Sequence record: OR620964.1
DNA length: 64,000 nucleotides
Direction: 5' to 3' (one strand)
Part shown: positions 58,496 to 64,000 of the stretch, in pieces
Numbering within the stretch: position 1 is the first letter of the stretch
Layout: each line of letters begins with the position of its first letter
The notes under the pieces: model-generated
Database searches by the model: none
Seen by the model: only the letters and a program-made list of their open reading frames with translations
Told to the model about the DNA's origin: nothing
Position numbers and translations under genes: made by a program

Positions 58496-58754
58496 TTTTA
58501 TTCTCTACTATGAATTGTACTGTGTCTTTTATATTTACAGCTATAATACGTTGCTTTGATTCATGCAACATACCGTTTAGCAGTCCAAGAATATCTGCAA
58601 CAGGGCAGCCAGCCGAAGTCTGGAATACATCGATATCATCAGGTATATCACCGAAGTCGAGTAACCAGAATGTCCGTAGCACAGACGTTAAAAACGCAGG
58701 ACGTTCAACTGACTGACGATTCAGAAACTCACATATCTGTTCGGCAGTAATCAT
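58464..58754 (-). CDS. Hypothetical protein (96 aa)
   Basis: TAATG coupling to the polymerase stop. Confidence 0.5.
   Translation of the reverse strand: MITAEQICEFLNRQSVERPAFLTSVLRTFWLLDFGDIPDDIDVFQTSAGCPVADILGLLNGMLHESKQRIIAVNIKDTVQFIVENKNEEMSPTKDS
58532..58540 (-). promoter_or_regulatory. CTGTAAATA motif, copy 5 (upstream of clamp)
   Basis: 37 nt upstream of the clamp start, inside the 96-aa ORF. Confidence 0.55.
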
Positions 58755-61700
58755 TAGTTAAGGAACCTCGTCATTGCTTTCTTCAACAACTTATTGCTAA
58801 TCTTAATTGTCTTCTTAGCTTTAGCATCAGGCCCTGACACTTTAGCTTTCTCGGCTTCTTTAAGAGCTTCGGCAGCAACATAGGCTTCAAACGTTTTAGT
58901 ATTGGCAGGTAACTCTTTCAGCCACTGTTTAACGTCTTTGTTATCCTTATTCGTCAGAGGATTTACCTTACCCATCTTAGGAATCTTGATATCATTAGCC
59001 CACAGTTGTTTCTTCATCCAATCACCCATCAGGTGATATTGATTTTCCATGATGTCTTTCGTTACGGCATCAACATCAAGGTCTTTTTCGTTTAGATCAT
59101 CACGCTTAATTTCCAGACCTTTACGTATAAGTTTCTCAAGTCCCTTATACGAGAAGTCCCATCCCTTAACGTCTCGCTCAGTCGCACCAATCTCAAAGTC
59201 AATCTCAGGTACTGAGGTAAACTCATAGTTATGGCGCTCTTTCATTACCTGTGTAACGGCAGAAGTCATGGAGCGCTCTATCATATCGAGTGCCAGGAAT
59301 ATCCACTTATAATCACAGTCAACGGTTAAGGAGTCATGTACCGATACGTTAAGTTCGAAGTCTGGGTACTGACCATTTGCTTCCCAGTATTCAAACTTCA
59401 TTCGGTCAAGAATACGTATAGCACTCATCATCAAGTCAGAACCAAAGCCCTGTACTGGACTGTTTACCGCACGGCGGTCACAGGCAGCATGAACCATATT
59501 CGATTCTCTGTGTGATTTCGGAATCATGAATCCCCACAGATGACGACGACGACCTAGAGGCGATTCAACAAAGAAGTTCTCATGTGCAAACTTCTTAATC
59601 TTATCAAACCATTTGTACCCGATTGGGAATCTATCAAGGAACTGTCCCTTAATCTTACCAATCTCTTTTACATCACGTCCAGTTGATTTAGCGAGACCGT
59701 TATCACCCTGCTGATAGATCAAGCCGAAGATAACTGTCTTAACTGCGTTACGAATGGGCTTGGTTACTTCTGTGATTGGAATGCCAAAGAAGTATGCTGC
59801 GTTTATTTTATGTACGTCACCTTCAACGTCAATAAGATGATGAATCCAAGGGTCAGGTACTGTGCGGAAACGTCTACGCAGTCTAGCGCCCTGTTCAAAT
59901 ACATCGGCAACGCCTTGGTCACCTGATATAATAGACCAGCCCCTAACTTCATGTGCTGAGTAGTCGACCTTTATGAGCAAGCGATTCTTACGCGATATCA
60001 AAATACGCTTAATCAACTTACCCATTTCAGAACGGCTGGGAATTTGCTGTAAGTTTGGATCAGATGCGGAAGTACGTCCTGTCACGATCCTCAAATAGTT
60101 ATACTGAGGTCTTAGACAACGGTCGTGTTTAAAGTCTTCCGACTCTCCCCATAGCTTAAGCAAGGACTTCACGTAGGCGTTACGTAACTTGTATGCTTTA
60201 CCTAACTTAGTATACAGGTTAACAAGAGGGTTATCCTTATATGCCTCTTGGAAGTCTTTATCCAGTTTACCATTCTTCTTACCATTGGATCGGGCTGCTG
60301 CATCACTCTCTTTCAGAGGTTTGAGCTTCATGATATCAAAGAATAGTATCTGCTTGTGTTCTGACTTAGACATATCAAACTTATTAGCATCGACTCGTCC
60401 CATAAGACCGAATGCTGGTATTTGATCATCCTTACATATCTTGGCGTTGGCTTCACGTACCTCAGGACTAGATAGAAATTTCTTCTCTACCTGCTGTATC
60501 TCTTGGTTAATTGGACTGTTCGGCAAGTTGAGTTTAAACAGATAATCGATATCTGCCATCGCACCAGACACTTCCATGATACTAAATGCATGTATCTGGT
60601 CACTTACCTGCTGGCTTACCATAGACTCATACTTCTCGTACTTGATATCTTTTGCACGGCGACGCTGTGCCATGCAGATATGATATGGTACGATTACGTC
60701 AACCGCAGCATATTCCTGTACGTTCTCATCAAGGTCTACCTCAGAAATGGTCTTACGCATTTCTTTACCGAACGCAAGGTCGAGATACACCGTACAGCCG
60801 TACTGCATCGTCAAGTTGGCTAAGTTATAGTAACCACTACCAGTAACAAGTTGCAACGACTTAGCATTCTCATCATTGATAAACTCGCCAGCTTGAATAT
60901 CCCATATATCAGCACGGAAGGAACGAACACCGCAGTTAGACTTGATGACGTTTAAGTCAAACTTACCGTTTGTGAATATCTGGTACTTGTTTGAATTGTA
61001 TTCGAAGAAGTCACGAAAAAGCTCAGTTACCTTTCTTACTTCCTTTGGACTGAAAGGGCTATCTCTGTGATAGATAGGAACAACATATGCAATCTCGCCA
61101 TCCATTGAAACTTGAATCGTCTGCAACTTGTTCTTAATGCGATTCAAGTTCTCTGTTTCGGTATCGATACAGGGATGCTTGGCTTTCTTCATCTTCTTTA
61201 TTAACTTTTCTACATCACTTACTTTTGTCAGGTACTTTAATGTCCAGTTACGTTTCTTACCGCACGTTATCTTAGGAATCTTATAAGGCATCCCTTTCTG
61301 GAACCAAGGTAACATCCAACGGCTCATGTAACCTAACGTATAGCTAGTGCCGCTGATATTACGTGGGTTAAGCACCTGATTGAAACTAATATTAGGTACG
61401 TGGATGAATTCGTGTGTCTTCTTCTTGTGCTTCACCTTAGTAGGTATCGTTACACCATACCAAGAACTTATCACACCAGATGCTTGCTCAACACGCTCCA
61501 CTTGTGCTTGGTTGATTGCACGTAATGGTTGATTACCGAACGTGATAACATAGTCCGGCTTGAAATCACAAATAACTTCACGCATACGATCGGCGAATGC
61601 GTTGTTCGCGTCCTCCTTGTACTGATCAGACTTCTCATACGTCTTGAACATATTGTAGGATATGACCAAGAAGTGCCAATCATCCAGAGTAGTCTTTAAT

Positions 61701-61933
61701 GGGAATACATCTTCCAAATACTGGACTTGGTTTAAAAACACTTCGCCCGTAGTTCCACTGAATATCTTACCTGCCTCTAAATCCTCTGTAGGCATGTGGT
61801 CAATGACTAACAGAGCTTTGCCTGCTTTCGGGTTCTTGCTATTATGCTTTAGAACGCGAACAAAGTCATAGCACTGGACATCTTCGAAATTAGCTGGTGG
61901 ATCATACGGAAGTGTTAGGTGAGATAGCTTCAC
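58754..61933 (-). CDS. polA: Family A DNA polymerase with N-terminal UDG-like domain and 3'-5' exonuclease
   Basis: ExoI CIDTETE, ExoII NGKFD, ExoIII YAAVD, TGRTSASDPNLQQIP, motif A DYSAHEVR, motif B RNAVKTVIFGLIY and motif C VHDS. Confidence 0.95.
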   Translation of the reverse strand: MKLSHLTLPYDPPANFEDVQCYDFVRVLKHNSKNPKAGKALLVIDHMPTEDLEAGKIFSGTTGEVFLNQVQYLEDVFPLKTTLDDWHFLVISYNMFKTYEKSDQYKEDANNAFADRMREVICDFKPDYVITFGNQPLRAINQAQVERVEQASGVISSWYGVTIPTKVKHKKKTHEFIHVPNISFNQVLNPRNISGTSYTLGYMSRWMLPWFQKGMPYKIPKITCGKKRNWTLKYLTKVSDVEKLIKKMKKAKHPCIDTETENLNRIKNKLQTIQVSMDGEIAYVVPIYHRDSPFSPKEVRKVTELFRDFFEYNSNKYQIFTNGKFDLNVIKSNCGVRSFRADIWDIQAGEFINDENAKSLQLVTGSGYYNLANLTMQYGCTVYLDLAFGKEMRKTISEVDLDENVQEYAAVDVIVPYHICMAQRRRAKDIKYEKYESMVSQQVSDQIHAFSIMEVSGAMADIDYLFKLNLPNSPINQEIQQVEKKFLSSPEVREANAKICKDDQIPAFGLMGRVDANKFDMSKSEHKQILFFDIMKLKPLKESDAAARSNGKKNGKLDKDFQEAYKDNPLVNLYTKLGKAYKLRNAYVKSLLKLWGESEDFKHDRCLRPQYNYLRIVTGRTSASDPNLQQIPSRSEMGKLIKRILISRKNRLLIKVDYSAHEVRGWSIISGDQGVADVFEQGARLRRRFRTVPDPWIHHLIDVEGDVHKINAAYFFGIPITEVTKPIRNAVKTVIFGLIYQQGDNGLAKSTGRDVKEIGKIKGQFLDRFPIGYKWFDKIKKFAHENFFVESPLGRRRHLWGFMIPKSHRESNMVHAACDRRAVNSPVQGFGSDLMMSAIRILDRMKFEYWEANGQYPDFELNVSVHDSLTVDCDYKWIFLALDMIERSMTSAVTQVMKERHNYEFTSVPEIDFEIGATERDVKGWDFSYKGLEKLIRKGLEIKRDDLNEKDLDVDAVTKDIMENQYHLMGDWMKKQLWANDIKIPKMGKVNPLTNKDNKDVKQWLKELPANTKTFEAYVAAEALKEAEKAKVSGPDAKAKKTIKISNKLLKKAMTRFLN

Positions 61934-61967
61934 TTACTCGCCCCTAGGCTATGTTATAATCTATTTG

Positions 61968-61976
61968 TATTTACAG
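61968..61976 (-). promoter_or_regulatory. CTGTAAATA motif, copy 6 (upstream of polymerase)
   Basis: 35 nt upstream of the GTG start and just downstream of a terminator. Confidence 0.65.
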
Positions 61977-62008
61977 TTTCTGGTGCAGTAATGTGGCTAG
62001 CAGAAATG

Positions 62009-62035
62009 AAAAAGGGCAGCCCGGAGGCCACCCTT
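62009..62035 (-). terminator. Rho-independent terminator identical to 19390-19416
   Basis: AAGGGTGGCC-TCCG-GGCTGCCCTT followed by a U-tract. Confidence 0.85.
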
Positions 62036-62043
62036 TGTTTTCG

Positions 62044-63186
62044 TTACTTGCGACCTTTCGGTTTGATGCCATGGATATGTGCGCGCATCCCGCCGAAGTC
62101 ATTAACAGAGAAATCTTTGTCCTCTTCTTCCCCAGCAGAGACTGCCCACTTACCAGTGTCACCTGTGTAGTATGGGCCATCAAAGGTAATGAACACATGC
62201 GTGGATCCGACATGGCCGTCCATTTCCCACGGCTCACCTGGCTCTGACGTAAACGGTATTCCGTTATTGGAAATACCATACGTCAGAGCGTCTAAGCCAA
62301 GCACTTGCATCAGTCTCTTGGTGAAAGTAACGCGCTGGGAATTGTTCATGCGACGTAGTTCAGTAATTTTATAGGTCTTAGGCATGTCAACAGCTTTGAC
62401 TGCATTGAGGACTTTAGCCTTACCGATAACTGCTTTAACTTCTTTTGCTAGAGCTACCGCAGTTGGTTTACGCATGGGGCTACCAAACGCAAACTTGCCT
62501 GCTTTCGTTCTGGCGCTGACTACCCAGTCCGAAGAAGATGAATACTCATTGAAGTAGAATGGGGGATCGATATAGACAGCCGTGTACTTGCTGTTTGGAT
62601 TCGCAGATTCGAAATTCCAAACAGCAGACTGGCCATTGGCGTTTTCCACAGGCGTGCCAACAAACGTCATGCCAGTTGCGTCGGAGAGCTGTGCAGCAAT
62701 GCTGTCGATCTGAGCTTTGCTTGCGAGGCCAATAAACTTAGGCGTGATGCTGGTAATCGTAACCTTTGGCAGAGGCGTCTGTTCATCTGTACGAGTGACG
62801 GGCGCGGCTTTGACAGGAGCTTTGGTCTTAGCAGTAGGTGCAGATGCAATGCTTTGCGACATAGCTTTAGGTACTTTAATTCGACGTAGAGAATTAATCA
62901 CCTGTACGATAGTTTTAGATGCAGCTAGATCGGCATATGCACTAACAATAGACGTGCCTGTCTTACTCTTAGCAAAAGTCATCACGACATCTTCTTTATT
63001 GCTACTCAAGAAATCAAACAGTGGATTAATCTTGGCTTCTGTGTTCAGCTCTTTTGCTTTGTGGAGAACTTCCAGCGTTGCAAGAATCTTAGCACCCTTT
63101 GTACCGAAGAATGCTTTTGCATTTGCCGTCTGTAACTTAGTTGCAGATTCGGAGGAAATTGTTTCTTTGAATTTTAAAATAGACAT
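62044..63186 (-). CDS. Hypothetical probable virion/internal protein (380 aa)
   Basis: High-expression-like codon usage, ISSESA near the N-terminus and two similar C-terminal modules (PFYFNEYSSSSDWVVSA / GPYYTGDTGKWAVSA). Confidence 0.65.
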   Translation of the reverse strand: MSILKFKETISSESATKLQTANAKAFFGTKGAKILATLEVLHKAKELNTEAKINPLFDFLSSNKEDVVMTFAKSKTGTSIVSAYADLAASKTIVQVINSLRRIKVPKAMSQSIASAPTAKTKAPVKAAPVTRTDEQTPLPKVTITSITPKFIGLASKAQIDSIAAQLSDATGMTFVGTPVENANGQSAVWNFESANPNSKYTAVYIDPPFYFNEYSSSSDWVVSARTKAGKFAFGSPMRKPTAVALAKEVKAVIGKAKVLNAVKAVDMPKTYKITELRRMNNSQRVTFTKRLMQVLGLDALTYGISNNGIPFTSEPGEPWEMDGHVGSTHVFITFDGPYYTGDTGKWAVSAGEEEDKDFSVNDFGGMRAHIHGIKPKGRK

Positions 63187-63201
63187 TTATTGTACTCCAC
63201 C

Positions 63202-63807
63202 TTAGCGGTTCTGTTTCTTCACTTGGTTCCAGTCACGCTGCTTGCGACTGACATTTGTTGTATTTTGTTCTTGGCTTGACTGTAATACTACTTCATCTTC
63301 GTCTACATCCAAGGCAGAACCAGGTTCTCCCATAGCGCCAAGATCAGTACCGATATCACTATCGTTAGGGCCTAGCTCTACAGTTGAGGAGAATGGTTTC
63401 AGAGTAGACACTTGTTGCTGTGCATATACAGGCTCCGGTGCAATATTTAACTCAGGCTCGGGCTCTACTGCATGGATCGCCGCACACTCCTGAAAGACGT
63501 GAGCACGAACTAAACTACATGTTAAAAGTTCGCCCTTATCTTTAAGAATCTCAGCAGCTTTTTCTTCATCCCATCCAGACCAGACAATGCTAAGTCCTTT
63601 ATGTCCCCAGCTCATGCCTTTAGGCAGTTTACCGCGACCAGAGAATGGAAGACCATTAGTGGGAACCGCAGGCTCATAGGCATCAGTAGTTTCCCACAGA
63701 CGCTTTGCTTCAAAGCACTTCGGTCCCCACACACCGTCACACTTACCGTCATAGTAGCCCAATAGGGTCATTATGACTTGTTGCTGCTGGTAGAATTTGT
63801 TCAGCAT
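63202..63807 (-). CDS. Protein with N-terminal peptidoglycan-binding-like domain
   Basis: QVIMTLLGYYDGKCDGVWGPKCFEA matches the PG_binding_1 pattern Q..L..LGY..G..DG..G..T..A. Confidence 0.65.
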   Translation of the reverse strand: MLNKFYQQQQVIMTLLGYYDGKCDGVWGPKCFEAKRLWETTDAYEPAVPTNGLPFSGRGKLPKGMSWGHKGLSIVWSGWDEEKAAEILKDKGELLTCSLVRAHVFQECAAIHAVEPEPELNIAPEPVYAQQQVSTLKPFSSTVELGPNDSDIGTDLGAMGEPGSALDVDEDEVVLQSSQEQNTTNVSRKQRDWNQVKKQNR

Positions 63808-63820
63808 ATAGGTTTTCCTC

Positions 63821-63846
63821 AGATAAGGGACCGAAGTCCCTTATCT
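63821..63846 (-). terminator. Hairpin/terminator with C(UUCG)G loop
   Basis: AGATAAGGGAC-TTCG-GTCCCTTATCT is a perfect 11-bp stem directly after the upstream gene's stop; no clear U-tract. Confidence 0.7.
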
Positions 63847-63857
63847 TGTTTACACTA

Positions 63858-63998
63858 TTATACGTCTTTCGACTTGGATTGAGAAACTTTGATCTTCTCT
63901 AAGCCTTTAACTACAGACTTCAGGTTGGTAACAGCATAACCTGCTTTGATGATCTTGTTGATAAGTGTCTTAGCCTTAGGCACAGATGACGTAAAGGT
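63858..63998 (-). CDS. 3' end of a gene truncated by the window edge (Lys-rich C-terminus)
   Basis: Open frame TFTSSVPKAKTLINKIIKAGYAVTNLKSVVKGLEKIKVSQSKSKDV ending in TAA TAG. Confidence 0.6.
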   Translation of the reverse strand, partial: TFTSSVPKAKTLINKIIKAGYAVTNLKSVVKGLEKIKVSQSKSKDV

Positions 63999-64000
63999 AA

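Noticed and set aside
58754-61933. Intein or intron in the DNA polymerase
   Set aside because: Polymerase motifs A, B and C are contiguous at normal spacing, and no HINT blocks were seen.
1-64000. tRNA or rRNA genes, integrase, transposase
   Set aside because: No cloverleaf with a canonical T-loop, no rRNA-like segment and no recombinase motifs were recognised by eye. A tRNAscan run would be needed to exclude tRNAs formally.

Overview
The window is a gene-dense segment of a large (jumbo-type) myovirus genome, read in the standard genetic code, with every credible gene but one on the minus strand. The gene set resembles, from memory only and without a database search, the RSL1/Lu11/PaBG/Y3/Yoloswag/AD1-like jumbo myoviruses. 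From left to right it holds: a hairpin-rich, apparently non-coding 0.6 kb; small nucleotide-metabolism genes (Tmk, MmcB-like, NUDIX); a baseplate/tape-measure/tube/sheath module; a head module (major capsid protein, acidic scaffold, prohead protease); a GT2 glycosyltransferase; an NAD-dependent ligase; a paralog-rich fibre cluster with a second tail sheath; DHH and J-domain genes; and a replication module (SF2 helicase, clamp, family A DNA polymerase). The best-supported unusual system is a fractured helicase gene. A naturally split intein sits inside helicase motif II (DE|CH), and its two halves are separate genes flanking an inverted free-standing zinc-repeat PD-(D/E)xK endonuclease. The C-half has its own copy of the CTGTAAATA promoter-like motif. 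More speculative candidates are an S-x-S maturation/capsid-targeting motif shared by head proteins and some enzymes, a ~75-aa domain repeated in four genes, and a structured ncRNA at the left edge. All functional calls come from motif recognition by eye.
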